Assembly: GCA_963774265.1 (NCBI GenBank)
Contig: CAVZDU010000001.1
Coordinates: 1,216,001 to 1,280,000 of the forward strand
Reading direction: 5' to 3'
Source of the DNA: an uncultured Chloroflexia bacterium
GTDB taxonomy: Bacteria > Chloroflexota > Anaerolineae > CG2-30-64-16
Length of the DNA stretch: 64,000 nucleotides
The notes under the pieces: generated by a model
Told to the model about the DNA's origin: nothing
What the model saw: the letters and a program-made list of their open reading frames with translations, nothing else
The model's database searches: none
Position numbers and translations under genes: made by a program
Part shown: positions 12,489 through 25,641 of the stretch, piece by piece
How the letters are laid out: each line of letters starts with the position of its first letter
Position numbering within the stretch: the first letter of the stretch is position 1

Positions 12489-12989
12489 TTAGAACTTGAG
12501 GAACTTGCTGCTCGGCGAGTTGCAGACGGGGCAGCGATCGGGCGCCTCGCCTTCCATGGTGTAACCACAGACGGGGCAGACGAAGATGGCGACCACGGCC
12601 GCGTCGGCGCCGGCCGCAACCGCGTCCTTGGCGCGTGCATAGAGGGCCGCGTGCACCTTTTCCGCCTCATTGGCGTCGTGCATGCTGCCAAGCGCGCGTT
12701 TTTCGTCGTCCTGTTCGGCCATCTGCATGTACTCGGGGTACATGGTGGTGATCTCGAAGGTCTCGCCGCCGAGCGCTGCTTCGAGATTTTCCGGCGTCTT
12801 GCCGACGCCCAGCGCCTTCAGGTGGTTCGTGGCGTGAATCTGCTCGGAGTAGGACGCGGCGCGGAAAAGTCGGGCGACGTTTGCCAGACCCTCGCGCTCT
12901 GCGCGATCTGCGAACACCATGTACTTCATGTGGGCCTGGCTCTCGCCGGCGAACGCATCTTTCAGATTTTTCTCGGTAGTCTCTTTCAT
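12489..12989 (-). CDS. rbr: Rubrerythrin
   Basis: 'NLKDAFAGESQAH', EQIH and EKVH diiron ligands, C-terminal CPVCG...CPVC rubredoxin domain; AGGAG RBS. Confidence 0.92.
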   Translation of the reverse strand: MKETTEKNLKDAFAGESQAHMKYMVFADRAEREGLANVARLFRAASYSEQIHATNHLKALGVGKTPENLEAALGGETFEITTMYPEYMQMAEQDDEKRALGSMHDANEAEKVHAALYARAKDAVAAGADAAVVAIFVCPVCGYTMEGEAPDRCPVCNSPSSKFLKF

Positions 12990-13118
12990 GTCGATTCTCC
13001 TATCTCGGTTGTTGCGCGCCAAGGGGTCTTCCTCGCGCAGAACACAGGCGTGAACCCGTACACAAGCATACCACGCAAGGCGCGATCCGTACATGACTCA
13101 CAGCATATTGGGTTAGAA

Positions 13119-13748
13119 TCAGCGGAGGTCGAGCTTGGGTGCACGCGGCTCGGTGCCTTTAATCAGCCGCTTAATATTGGGACGAAGCGCCCACACTACT
13201 GCCAATGCCGCCCCCAGCGCGTAAACGACGTGCAGCCAAGGGCCCAGGCCCAGTGCGGCTCGGATGGCCAGCGATAGTGGAATCACGAGCGCTATCAATA
13301 GCGAAGTCAGTGAAGCGTAGCGGATCATGTTCAAGCCCAATGGCACCAAAGGGATGAGCCACAGGGCCGAGAGGGGCCACAGTGCAACGCATACGCCGAT
13401 GTTGGGGCCCGTGCCGGCGCCGCCCTTGAAACTGAGGTATATGGGTGCATTGTGTCCGATCACGGCGGCGATGCCGGTAAGCGCCTCAGCCCACACCAGG
13501 TTGGGGGAACCATCCATAATCCAACGGGTCACAACGATCGCGAGGAAGCCCTTCAGCATGTCTCCCACGCCCGTGAGAATGCCGGCCCACCGGCCGCCGG
13601 CCCGGAGGGCATTCGTGCCCCCCGTCCGCCCGCTGCCGGTCTGGCGGATGTCCTTCCCTTTCATGGCGTAGACCACGATATAACCTACCGGGATGGCGCC
13701 GATCAGGTAACCAAGCACTACTGCCAGAACTAACCGAAACCAATCCAT
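13119..13748 (-). CDS. plsY: Glycerol-3-phosphate acyltransferase PlsY
   Basis: 'GYLIGAIP', 'DIRQTGSGRTGGTNALR', 'DMLKG', 'GHNAPIYLSFKGG', 'NIKRLIKGTE'. Confidence 0.88.
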   Translation of the reverse strand: MDWFRLVLAVVLGYLIGAIPVGYIVVYAMKGKDIRQTGSGRTGGTNALRAGGRWAGILTGVGDMLKGFLAIVVTRWIMDGSPNLVWAEALTGIAAVIGHNAPIYLSFKGGAGTGPNIGVCVALWPLSALWLIPLVPLGLNMIRYASLTSLLIALVIPLSLAIRAALGLGPWLHVVYALGAALAVVWALRPNIKRLIKGTEPRAPKLDLR

Positions 13749-13887
13749 CGCGTATCTCTCCCATCACACGTCTGCGACACAAACGAAAACGCAAAACGCG
13801 CTCGTCATGAGAAACGGGCGTTTTGCGTGGACCGCGGCCCTATTTTACACAATACTGGCGGTGGCGCATAGTTGCGCCGCGCGCTCC

Positions 13888-14628
<741 letters not shown>

Positions 14629-14641
14629 TTGGGACCGCCTC

Positions 14642-15481
14642 CTACCGTTTCTCGACCGACAGACGGCGCTCCATGGCCGTGCTGACGCGGGTGAAGAATA
14701 CGGTCAGGATCAGATAGATGAGTGCTACAACCAGGTACGTGTCGAAGCTAGCAAAGGTGCGTCCCACCCACTCACGGCCTCGCCGCGTGATATCTTCAAG
14801 GCCCAGGACGGAAACCAGGGAGCTATCCTTCAACAGCGTCACAAACTCGTTGCTGACGGGCGGCAGAATGACGCGCACCGCTTGCGGGAGGATGATATAG
14901 CGCGTCGCCTGGAGATAGTTCATGCCCAAGGAGCGCGAGGCCTCCATCTGACCCTTGGCGATCGACTGGATGCCTGCGCGAAAGATCTCGGTCATGTACG
15001 CGCCGAAGGCGAAGGTGAAGGCGACGACGGCGGCCGGGAAACCAGCAATGCGCGCATCCTTCATGCCTAACCCTTCGCGAAATAACACGGGCAGACCGAA
15101 GTAGATCCAGAGGATCCAGACGAGCACGGGCACCCCGCGTACGATCTCTACATACAGTGAGGCAATGCCTTTGAGAATTCCGACGTTGGAGACGCGGATC
15201 ACGCCCATCACCATGCCGACCACCAGGATGCAAGCAAACGAGACGGCAGTCAGCTTCAGCGTCATGAAGACGCCGTCACCATCCGCAGGCGAACCGAACA
15301 CGTAGCGGAAGATGGGTTGGTACTTTTCGGGGAAGGCGAAGAATAAGAACGCGGCAATGATGAGGGCGCCGATCAGCAATAGCCAATAGCGATCGACGTG
15401 GGCCCACCGGCCATGCTCAGACGGCCGGGATGGCACCGGCGCGGAGCCGGTGACGATGACGGGCTTCGTGGAGTCAGCCAC
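14642..15481 (-). CDS. Polar amino-acid ABC transporter permease (HisM/GlnP-like)
   Basis: 'YVEIVRGVP', '[24 protein letters not shown]', '[12 protein letters not shown]'. Confidence 0.92.
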   Translation of the reverse strand: MADSTKPVIVTGSAPVPSRPSEHGRWAHVDRYWLLLIGALIIAAFLFFAFPEKYQPIFRYVFGSPADGDGVFMTLKLTAVSFACILVVGMVMGVIRVSNVGILKGIASLYVEIVRGVPVLVWILWIYFGLPVLFREGLGMKDARIAGFPAAVVAFTFAFGAYMTEIFRAGIQSIAKGQMEASRSLGMNYLQATRYIILPQAVRVILPPVSNEFVTLLKDSSLVSVLGLEDITRRGREWVGRTFASFDTYLVVALIYLILTVFFTRVSTAMERRLSVEKR

Positions 15482-15572
15482 CTGTACTATCGCTCCTTCT
15501 GCGGCCTGTCAGGCCGCGTTCGACCATTTCGGATTTGAGTTCACGTTGCTGACGTCGTTGTCGCGTGATCAG

Positions 15573-16529
15573 TTATTTTCTCAAGCGCGGATCGAGCGCG
15601 TCCCGAAGACCGTCGCCCAGCAGATTGAAGCCCAGCACGGTCAGCATTATGGCGAAGCCTGGGAAAAAGACCAGGTGCGGCGAGGTGAAAACCTGGTTGC
15701 GCTCAGAGCCCAGCATGGAGCCCCACTCCGCGAGCGGCGGTTGCGCACCGAGTCCAAGGAAGGAGAGTGCAGCGGCATCCAGGATCGCGGTTGCGATGCC
15801 CAGTGTCCCCTGGACGATCAATGGCGTAAGGGTGTGTGGGAGGATGCTGCGCGTGAGGATGCGACTCCCGGGCACCCCGGTGGCTCGATCCGCCATGACG
15901 AAGTCCCACTCTTTGACGGTCAGGACACTTGCGCGCGCGACGCGCGCGTAGGCAGGGATGGAGACGATGCCGATGGCGAGCAGCGCATTAACCAAGCCCT
16001 CACCCAGCACTGTAACGATCGCAATGGCCAGCAAGAGGCTGGGGAATGCGAGCAAGACGTCCATGAACCGCATGATTATGTTGTCAGTCCATCCGCCCAG
16101 GAAACCAGCCAGCGCGCCCAAGCTGGCGCCGATCAGGATCGCAAAGCCTACCGTGGTGAAACCCACCATCAGCGATATGCGCGAGCCAAATACTACGCGG
16201 CTGAAGAAGTCGCGCACATTGCCGTCGGTGCCGAGGATGTGCTGCGGCTGGTCTGCCGGGCAGCCCAGGATATGAACGCACGGCGCCTGGCGTTTCTTCA
16301 CCGCCTCTTTGCCGATGAGCACTTGAGTGGGATCATAAGGCGCGATGGCGGGCGCGAAAATGGCGACCAGGACCAGGATCAGCAAGATCACCATGCCGGC
16401 GATGGCCGACTTTGTTCGGAAGAGCGCGCGCATGGCGTCCTGGGACGGGCTGCGCGGTGGACGGGTGATGATGACATCGGACTCGGCGCTCGCCGTGGGT
16501 TCAATAGCTGTCATCTTCGGCTTTCTCAT
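15573..16529 (-). CDS. Peptide ABC transporter permease (DppC/OppC-like)
   Basis: 'HILGTDGNVRD.FSR..FG.RISL', '[14 protein letters not shown]', '[14 protein letters not shown]'. Confidence 0.92.
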   Translation of the reverse strand: MRKPKMTAIEPTASAESDVIITRPPRSPSQDAMRALFRTKSAIAGMVILLILVLVAIFAPAIAPYDPTQVLIGKEAVKKRQAPCVHILGCPADQPQHILGTDGNVRDFFSRVVFGSRISLMVGFTTVGFAILIGASLGALAGFLGGWTDNIIMRFMDVLLAFPSLLLAIAIVTVLGEGLVNALLAIGIVSIPAYARVARASVLTVKEWDFVMADRATGVPGSRILTRSILPHTLTPLIVQGTLGIATAILDAAALSFLGLGAQPPLAEWGSMLGSERNQVFTSPHLVFFPGFAIMLTVLGFNLLGDGLRDALDPRLRK

Positions 16530-17602
16530 CCCAACCGCACACGAGGATCGAGGAATGCGTAGAGCAGATCAACGAATAGATTGATAATGACATAAGCGGC
16601 GGCGATGATGAGGGTAAACCCCTGCACGATGGAATAGTCGCGCGCCTGGATGGCATCAAACAGGATGCGGCCGACGCCGGAAAGGTTGAAAATCGTCTCT
16701 GTCAGCACCGCGCCGCCGAGCAAGCTGCCTAGGGACAGGCCAATGATCGTGACCACCGGGATGAGTGCGTTGCTCATACCGTGGCGCATCACGACGCCGC
16801 GTTCCCGCAAGCCCTTGGCGCGGGCCGTCCGTACATAATCCAGGCCCAGGACGTCCAGCAGGCTGGAGCGCGTCATGCGCGCAATAATGGCGAGCGGGAT
16901 GGTGCCCAGCGCAGCCGCGGGCAGGATCATGTGCTTGGCGGTGTCCCAGAATACCGTCCAGTTCAACGTGACCAGGCCGTTGAATAAGTGCATGTTGGAC
17001 AAGAAGTTCAGTAGCGAGTCGAGAAAACCGGGTTGCAGGCTTAAGTTCCAGGTCTCTTGCAGGGATGGCACGATCAGGCCGGGTGAGTTGCGGCCTGACG
17101 GAGGCAACTGCAAGGGTGTGTCCTTGAGCGCAAGTCCGAAAAGGTAGGCCAGCATCAAGCCCAGCCAGAAGACCGGCATCGAGACGCCGATGTTGGCGAC
17201 GACCATGGTCGCCACGTCGACGAGTGAGTTGCGTCTGTAGGCGGACCACATGCCGGCGAAAATGCCGACGATCGTGGCAAAAAGGAGCGCGCACAAGGTT
17301 AACTCGATCGTAACGGGCAGACGCTCCGCCATTATTTGTGTCACGGACCGGCCATAACGGAATGACATGCCGAGGTCGCCCTGAAAGACATCGGCGATGT
17401 AGATGGCGAACTGGGTGGGGATGGGCTCGTTGAGACCGTACCGTTCGTTGAATGCGTCGCAAACCTGGTCGGTGGCCTTTTCGCCCAACATCGCCCGGCA
17501 GGGATCACCCGGCAGCAGGCGCGCCAGTGCGAACGTGACGAACAGAATGCCGAGCAGGACGGGGATGGCAGCCAGCACGCGTTGGCTGATGAAGCGGAAC
17601 AT
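16526..17602 (-). CDS. Peptide ABC transporter permease (DppB/OppB-like)
   Basis: 'LPGDP', 'GDLGMS', 'DYVRTARAKGL', 'GAVLTETIF', 'YAFLDPRV'. Confidence 0.92.
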   Translation of the reverse strand: MFRFISQRVLAAIPVLLGILFVTFALARLLPGDPCRAMLGEKATDQVCDAFNERYGLNEPIPTQFAIYIADVFQGDLGMSFRYGRSVTQIMAERLPVTIELTLCALLFATIVGIFAGMWSAYRRNSLVDVATMVVANIGVSMPVFWLGLMLAYLFGLALKDTPLQLPPSGRNSPGLIVPSLQETWNLSLQPGFLDSLLNFLSNMHLFNGLVTLNWTVFWDTAKHMILPAAALGTIPLAIIARMTRSSLLDVLGLDYVRTARAKGLRERGVVMRHGMSNALIPVVTIIGLSLGSLLGGAVLTETIFNLSGVGRILFDAIQARDYSIVQGFTLIIAAAYVIINLFVDLLYAFLDPRVRLG

Positions 17603-17617
17603 TGACGCTCCCGAATG

Positions 17618-17677
17618 GTAGGGGCAGGTGCAAGACCTGCCCCTACGACGCTGGGCAGGTGCAAGACCTGCCCCTAC
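17618..17677. repeat. Tandem pair of GTAG-type REP-like palindromes between the SBP gene and the permease
   Basis: gtaggggcaggtgcaagacctgcccctac followed by gggcaggtgcaagacctgcccctac. Confidence 0.8.
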
Positions 17678-17686
17678 GACAACAGG

Positions 17687-20157
17687 TTATTCGGCCGGCG
17701 GTGCGTTCAGGAATTGCCCGAACAGGCCGGGGAAGTAGGTGAAGGAGCCGTCGCGGCCCACGTGCAGCGGATGCGCGGCATCCCATTGCACCGCGTAGGA
17801 CAGGATTACGTCCTTGGCATCCAGGTCACTGCCGTCATGGAACTTCACACCCTTGCGGAGCTTGAGGGTCCATTCGGTCAGGCCGGCGTTGGCTTCGTAG
17901 CTCTCGGCCAATCCGGGCTGAACCGCCGTGCCGCCGACTTCGTAGGACAACAGCGCCTCGTTGATCTGCTCGCACACGCGCAGCGACTCGCCGTCGGTCT
18001 CGTCGGCACAGTAGAGGCCAATCGGCTCAGCGTTCTGCATCCAGACGAACGTGTCCCGACCGCCCGCATCCATGACCGCGAAGCTCTCGTTGCCCAAGGG
18101 GCTGGCGTGCGCGCCGGTCACGTCGGCCTTGAAGACCGTCGCAGAACCGCCGTGCGCCACCGGCACCATCGGCACATACTTCTTGATGAGGTTATTGGCC
18201 TCGGCGTAGAGCTTGTTGCGCTCGGCCGGGTCAGACAAGGAGGCGGCTTTTTTCAAAACCGCGTGCAGGTCATCGAAGCCTTTGCCGAACGCGGGCGAGG
18301 CGCCGTCGCCGAAGTGGTAATCGAGGAAGTTGGTCTGGTCCGGGTAGTCCGCGCCCCAGCCCAAGAGATACATGCTCAACTGGCCTTGATCTGCCGCGTC
18401 CAGGAACGCGCCGGATTCCATGACCACGATGTTGACAGTGATGCCCAGCTCCTTGAGCTGTGCCTGGATGTCCTGCGCCACCAGGCCCGGCTCGGGCAGG
18501 TAACCGCGGACAACATCGCGGTAGGAGAGATCAATTGTGAAGCCCTTCTCGAAGCCGGCCTCTTTCAGCAACGCCTTGGCTGCTTCCAGATCGTAATCAT
18601 ACCACTTATCACCGTCACAACCGCCAGGAATGGCGCATGGGGTGAAGTGAGATGCGACCACAGAGCCTTCCGGATAGAAGTTGTCCACGATGCGGGCGCG
18701 ATCGAGACCGATGGCCAGCGCCTGGCGCACCTTGTCATTGTCGAGCGGGGGCTTGTCGCGGTTCATGCCCAGGTAGAAGATGTTCAACGCCTCCCGGGGG
18801 TACAGCTTCAGGTTCTTGTCAGCCGCGATCGTGGCAAAGTCATCCGGCGTGGGGTTGTCAATGCCATCCACCGTGCCGGCCTGCAACTCAAGCAGGCGGG
18901 CCGCGCCCTCCTTCTGCCAGCGGAACACCAGGGTCTTGGCCTTGGCCGGCTCACCCCAGTAGTCCTCATTGCGGGTCATAATGACGCTGTCGCCCTTTTG
19001 CCACTTCTCCAGCTTGTAGGGGCCGGTGCCGACAGGGTTGCTCGATCAGGGCGTCGCCACCACCGCCGGTGCTTTCCAGGTATTCAGAAGGATGAATCTG
19101 GAACGCAGAGAAGGCGACCTTCGAGGGGAAGGCCACATCAGAACTGCACAGCGTGAACTTGACGGTCAAGTCGTCGACTGCTTCGATCGACTTGATCTCG
19201 CCGCCGTAGTCGCAGTTGACCGCAGCGTAGCTGGTGTCGGTGACGACTGCCTGGTTTCCACCCTCCGCGGGCGCCTCAGCGGCGGCCGCACCGGGCTTCT
19301 TGCCTAACCACTTTTCGTAGATCGTGTCATATTCGCCACTGGCCTTCAGGTTTGCGAGGCCGGCGTTGAACAGCGGCAGCACGCCCTTCGGGTCGCCCTT
19401 CTGGACCGTGAGCCCGAAGGTCTCGTTGGTCGGGAGCTCCCGATGTGATCTTCAGCTTGCCCTTGAACTGCTCGGCCTGAAGCGCGTAGTTGGCCGCGAC
19501 AGGATAGTCCACAACAACCGCATCGAGGTTCCCATTGACGAGATCCTGGAGCGCAAGATCGGGTGAATCGTACTGCTTCGGGTCGACGCCGAGATCCCGA
19601 ACGGCAAACGTACCGGTGGTTTCGATCTGGGTGCCAACGCGCTTGCCGGCTAACGAGGCGCCACCGGTGATGTCGGCGTTGTCGGCCACCACCACGATGG
19701 CCTGGTTGGAGTTGAAGTAGGGATCGGAGAAGTCGTAGAGCTTCTGGCGATCTTCGCGGATGGTGACGGATGAGATGATCGCGTCATACTGGCCCGCTTC
19801 CAGGCCCGCGAAGATGCCGTCCCATGCGACGTTCTGGAACTCAATTTCGAACTTCTGGTCCGTTGCGATGGCCTTGATGAGGTCGATGTCGAAGCCGGTG
19901 AGTTCCTTGGCTTGATCGACGAACTCCATGGGCGCGAATTCCGCATTCGTGGCGACGCTGAACTTCTTCGCCGCTGCTGCAGGAACTGCAGTCGGTTTAG
20001 GGGCCTCCGTGGCCTTCGGGGCCTCGGTGGCCGCGGCAGGCTGAGCGGGGGCGGCTGTGGGCTGGGCGGCAGGGGTGGCGGGCGTGCCACACGCGGCCAA
20101 CATGCCCAGCAGCATCACCGCGACGGTCAGCAGGCTGATGAACTTAAGGTACTTCAT
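17687..20157 (-). CDS. Fused lipoprotein substrate-binding protein: family-3 (amino acid) domain plus circularly permuted family-5 (peptide) domain; about 820 aa after correcting two single-base frameshifts (near 19440 and 19035)
   Basis: Lipobox 'LAACG' and PA/PT tether; 'ATNAEFAPME..GFDIDL..WDGIF..L..G.YD'; the family-3 C-terminus 'GEYDTIYEKWLG' runs in frame into the family-5 segment 'IKSIEAVDDLTVKFTL'. Confidence 0.8.
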
Positions 20158-20331
20158 CTTGGAAATCTCCTCCTATATATTGGTGTGTGCAAACCAAACG
20201 ATAGTGCTTGCCAACGTTAGGCGTTGGGACGGTCTCAGGCTCGTCGCACCTCCTTTCGGGGTTTCGATCGGACCGCCGTCACGCACGACGCTGTGAGGGA
20301 CGAATAGTATACGAACAGAAACGTAACCATA

Positions 20332-20359
20332 ATTATAACAGTCGTGCACTGATTGTCAA
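20332..20359 (-). promoter_or_regulatory. Sigma70-type promoter for the hybrid ABC operon
   Basis: Minus strand TTGACA-16 bp-TATAAT with TG extension. Confidence 0.7.
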
Positions 20360-20390
20360 AAGAGTTTTGGAGTATGGAGAAAATCGGGGC

Positions 20391-21303
20391 TCAGGATGCA
20401 GACTGCAGCACCGTACGTCGCCAACGCAGGCTGTTGGACTCAACGAGAGGTTCGGCTTTGCCGGCGCGCTGGAGCGAAGCGAGACAGGCGAAGACGGCGG
20501 TCTGAGTGAGCCAATACGTGACGGGGTTGGCGATCATGAGGCCAAGTGAGGTGGCGGCCAGAGAGACAATTTGCCCGGTGACCTCTGCATCGGCCAGAGC
20601 GATTTCCACCGCGGCCCGGATCTCCTCTAATCGTTCGACATTAGCCCCAGCCCACTCGGCCAACGAGGACACGGCTGACCCGTGGCCGGGCACGAAGGCG
20701 CGCATATTGGCCGTCCAATTGAGGTAATGCGGACAGGGTTGCCAGCCAGGCATCCAGATCGACCATGAACGGAATGCCATGTTTTTGAAGTACGTCCGGT
20801 GCAAATACGGCATCAGAGACAAAACATGCGCCGCCGCCGGCAACCATCACCTGGTTCGGTGAGTGGCCGGGGGCAGGAATTACCCTGACCGGAACATCAG
20901 CAATCACCGCTTCGCCGGGCTGCAGCAACGCATCGATCGTGCAGGCTTCGGCCAGCGTGAACTTGTGGCGGAGCTCCGTGGGCGGCATCGCGCCTGAGAA
21001 GAGATAGAGCGGTTCCAGGATAGGATTCTCGACGATGGCGGCTTCCAGGGCTGGCGCAAAGACGGGAACGCCTGTCCGAGCCTTGATGGTTGCGGCTCCG
21101 CCGAAGTGGTCCGCGTGGGCGTGCGTGATGACGACGGCCGCCAGCCTTACCTTGAGCGCATCGATATGGCGCAGGATCTTCTTCGCCGTGTCTTTGTCCA
21201 GCCCCGAGTCGACCAGGACCGCGCGACCATCATGAACGATCAGGCCGACGTTCGATCCGCCTCGCAATAGGTAGGCGTTCTCAGTGAGTTGGACCAGGTC
21301 CAT
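20391..21303 (-). CDS. MBL-fold metallo-hydrolase (frameshift near 20700)
   Basis: THAHADHFGG, 'PGHS', 'SDAVF', and 'FVPGHG' in the adjacent frame. Confidence 0.85.
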
Positions 21304-21325
21304 AGGTTTCCTGCGGCAGAAAAAC

Positions 21326-21353
21326 GTAGAGACGTAGCATGCTACGTCTCTAC
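21326..21353. repeat. GTAG-type REP-like perfect palindrome
   Basis: gtagagacgtagcatgctacgtctctac; identical 28-mer at 52584-52611. Confidence 0.85.
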
Positions 21354-21375
21354 AACATTGGGGAGCGCGAGATGC

Positions 21376-22087
<712 letters not shown>

Positions 22088-22921
22088 TTAGATGTCCTTC
22101 CTGACCACGCCGGCTTTGGCTACCGCGCCGCGGCCCAGGTAGGCTTCGATCACCTGCGGGTTGTCCTGGATCTCCTGCGGGGTGCCGCGCGCGATCACCT
22201 GGCCGAAGTCCATCACGGTCAGCTTCTCGCAGATGTTCATCACCAGGCGCATCTGGTGCTCGATCAGCAGGATGGTCAGGTTGAAGCGATCACGGATGAA
22301 GTGGATGTACTCCATCAGCCGGCCGATCTCGTTCGGGTTCATGCCAGCCGCCGGCTCATCCAGCAGCAGCAGCTTGGGGTCGCGTGGCCAGCGCACGCGC
22401 GATCTCGACCCGGCGCTGCTCGCCGTAGGGCAGGTTCTTGGCCACCTCGTCCTGCAGCCGGTCCAGGCCGAAGATCGCCAGGAAGTCCTGCGCCCGCTCG
22501 GTCAGCTCGCGCTCCTTGACGCTGAACTGGCCGTTGCGCGCGCAGGCCGTCGAACAATGCCGTAGCCGGCATGCGGGTGATAGGCGATGCGCACGTTGTC
22601 CAGCACGGTCAGGTTCGGGAACAGGCGGATGTTCTGGAACGTGCGGCCGATGCCCAGGTCTGCGTGATCTCGAACGGCTCCAGCCCGACCATGTGCTCGC
22701 CGTTCAACAGGATCTCGCCGCTCGGTCGGCACGTACAGGCCGGTGATCATGTTGAAGACCGTCGTCTTGCCCGCGCCGTTGGGACCGATCAGGCCGTCCA
22801 GCGCGCCCTTCTGCACCGTCAGATCGAAATTGCTGACGGCGCGCAGACCGCCGAATGCTTTGGTCAGTCCCTCGATTTCGAGAACGGGGCCAGTGTAGGG
22901 AGCAGACATCGTCGAGTTCAT
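22088..22921 (-). CDS. livG: Branched-chain amino-acid ABC ATPase LivG (frameshifted)
   Basis: 'FGGLRAV', GPNGAGKTT, 'RTFQNIRLF', 'LDEPAAGMNP', 'VIEAYLG'. Confidence 0.88.
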
Positions 22922-22933
22922 CGTTGCCCTCCC

Positions 22934-24294
22934 TCACCCGCAGCCCCGGACGGCGCCGGTGTGGCGCCCGCATCCCTGCGGACGCGGGCGAACGATCGGC
23001 TTCTTGAGGAAGCCCCATTCGACGCTGCCCAGCAGGCCCTGCGGCCGCAGCAACATCAGGAGCAGCAGCGCAATCGGATAGAGCACGAAGCGCCAGGTGG
23101 GCGCCTCGGTGCCCAGCTGGCCGAGGATCACCCGCAGCAGGCCTTCCAGGAAGAAGATCCAGCCGAACGAGGCGGCGATCGTGCCGGTCATGCTGCCCAG
23201 GCCGCCGAACACGACGATGATCAGCGGGTTGAAGCCGAGGAGGAAGTTGAAGGTGCCGGGGCTGAGGAAGCCGATGTAATGGGCATAGATGCCGCCAGCC
23301 GAGGCCGGCAAACAGGCTGCCGATGACGAACGCCAGCAGCTTGTAGTGGGCGACATCGATGCCCATCGCCTTCGCCGCCGTCTCGTCCTCGCGCACCGAC
23401 ATGATCGCGCGCCCGGTGCTGGAGTAGATCAGGTTGCGCATCACGATGATGACGAGCAGCAGGAAGATGAACGCCCAGAACCAGGTCGTCAACTTCGGGA
23501 TGCCGATCATGCCGCGGCCGCCCTTCATCTCCGGGAAGGGCAGGATCGTGTCGGAGTTGACCATCAGGGTGTAGACCACGATCGAGAACCCAGGGTCGCG
23601 ATGCCGAAGTAGTCGGAGCCCAGCGTCAGCACCGGCAGGCCGAACAGGAAACTGACTTCGGCCGCGAAGATGCCGCCGATCAGCAACGGCCAGGAAGAAG
23701 ACGATCTGCTGCGGGACATAGCCGGCCAGCGCCGGGCGCCTGGCTGCCAATAGACGGCGCCAGGGCCGGGTTGATCGCGTTGCCGATCACGACGGCCACC
23801 CAGCCTGCTAACCCGGCGCCGATCAGGTACAGCGTGAACTGCGACAGCACCGGCATCCCCTTGAAGCGGTTGACCAGCTTGCTGACGCCCCAGATCATCA
23901 GGCCGCCGAGAACGACGCCGAGGCCGGCGACCAACAGGCCGCTGGCATCGCCGTTCACCCAGCGGTAGGTGATATCGGCCGCGGCGTAGGCGCCGATACC
24001 GTAGAAGCCCCACTGGCCCAGGCTGAACTGGCCGTTGAAGCCGTAGATCAGGTTCAGCCCCAGGGCGACCATCGTCATGGTGCAGGCCTGGAAGAGCAGG
24101 CCGCTGTCGAAGTCGTTGAAGACCTGGAAGCCGCCGATGGGGGTGATGGCAAGCTGAATAATGCCGAACGCCGCAATGACGCCGGCAATCTTGACCCAGA
24201 GCTGCTTGTGCCCCAGCACCCACAGGAGGCCATACAGATAGGCCAGGACGGCGACGATCTTGAGAATCGTCGTGATCAGAAAGAAAATGCTCAT
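22934..24294 (-). CDS. livM: Branched-chain amino-acid ABC permease LivM (frameshifted)
   Basis: 'LNLIYGFNGQFSLGQ', 'DYFGIATLG', 'GRAIMSVREDE.AA..MGI', 'GGLGSMTG', 'RPQGLLG'. Confidence 0.82.
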
Positions 24295-24306
24295 GCAGCT
24301 CCTCCC

Positions 24307-25447
24307 CTACGCCTTTTCGCCTTCGGGCTCGCCGAAGATGCCGCGTCGGCCGCACCAGCAGGACGAGGATCAGGATCGAGAAGGCTACGGCATCGCGCAT
24401 CGGCGTGGAGATGTAGCCCGATGTCAACGCCTCTGCCTGTCCCATGATCAACGCGCCCACGAATGCACCGGGGATGCTGCCGATGCCGCCCAGGACGGCG
24501 GCGACGAAGGCTTTCAGGCCCGGCAAGATGCCCATTTGCGAGGTGATCGACGGGTAGGCGATGGCGTAGAGCACGCCCGCCAGCCCGGCAAACGCCGCGC
24601 CGATGGCGAAGGTGAAGGAGATCACGCCGTCGACGTTGATGCCCATGAGCCGTGCTGTCGGTTTATCAAACGACGACGCCCGCATCGCTTTGCCGATCTT
24701 CGTCCGCCGTACAAGGAACTGGAGCACCACTTGCATCAGGACCGACGCAAGGAGAATGATGATGAAAATGTTGGAGATGGTGATCGCGCTGTCTGGAACA
24801 GCCTGCCCAGAGCGAATTTGCTGAATTCCTCCCACGCTGATGGACCAGGTGATTACGTCAAACAGGCGCTGATAGGGTATGAAACGGGGGGAGAAGACGA
24901 AGTCCAGCGCCCCGAAGTATTCCAGGAAGAATGAGACGCCGATTGCGGTGATCAGCGCGGCGATGCGTGGTGCGTCGCGCAGCGGCTTGTACGCCACCCG
25001 TTCGATGGTGACAGCCAGAATCGCACAGATGACCATGGACAGCAGGATGACGCTGAGTGAGCCGATCAGGACCACGAGCCAGGCGGGCATACCAGGGAAC
25101 ACCGCAGCAGGCCACGCAGCCAGCCCAAACCGCGACACGGCAAAGTAGCTGACAAAGGCTCCGACCATGAACACGTCACCGTGGGCAAAGTTGATGAGCT
25201 TGACGATGCCGTAGACCATGGTATAGCCGAGGGCGATCAGCGCGTAGACGAAGCCCAACTGCAGCCCATTCAAAACCTGCTGCAGAAACAGGATCGGGTT
25301 GGCGATCAGCGCTCGGCCCAGGACGAGCACGGCAAGAAGCGCCAGGAGAATGAGAAATCCCTGGCCAATCCATGCCAGCTTTGCGCCTGGGCGGCTCACC
25401 GCCACCGCGGACCGCTGAGCGGTTGATGCTTGTTGCATGGGGTACAC
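24307..25447 (-). CDS. livH: Branched-chain amino-acid ABC permease LivH (frameshift near the 3' end)
   Basis: 'YALIALGYTMVYG..KLINFAHG', 'GKAMRA', 'KAFVAAVLGGIGSIPGA'. Confidence 0.88.
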
Positions 25448-25508
25448 CTTGCTCAGAAGGATGTGAGCTCGGGCTCACCGGCGGGCCGGAAAGCTCGCGG
25501 CAGATTAA

Positions 25509-25543
25509 GGTAAGGAGGGCGACGTGGCGCCGCCCTCCTTACC
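25509..25543. repeat. Intergenic hairpin between livK and livH (REP-like or mRNA-stabilising)
   Basis: ggtaaggagggcg...cgccctccttacc inverted repeat. Confidence 0.6.
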
Positions 25544-25641
25544 GAGAGTTACCAGATCATGCCCCGTCCACCCGCTCTGTGCTCAGACCGGGCAGCGGCG
25601 AAACCGAAACGGCCACGATTCGACGGGGCATTACAGCGCCC

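Noticed and set aside
23564-25447. Apparent 627-aa LivH-LivM fusion
   Set aside because: Produced by an indel near 24350; a TAG at 24307-24309 and a separate RBS and ATG for livM are present
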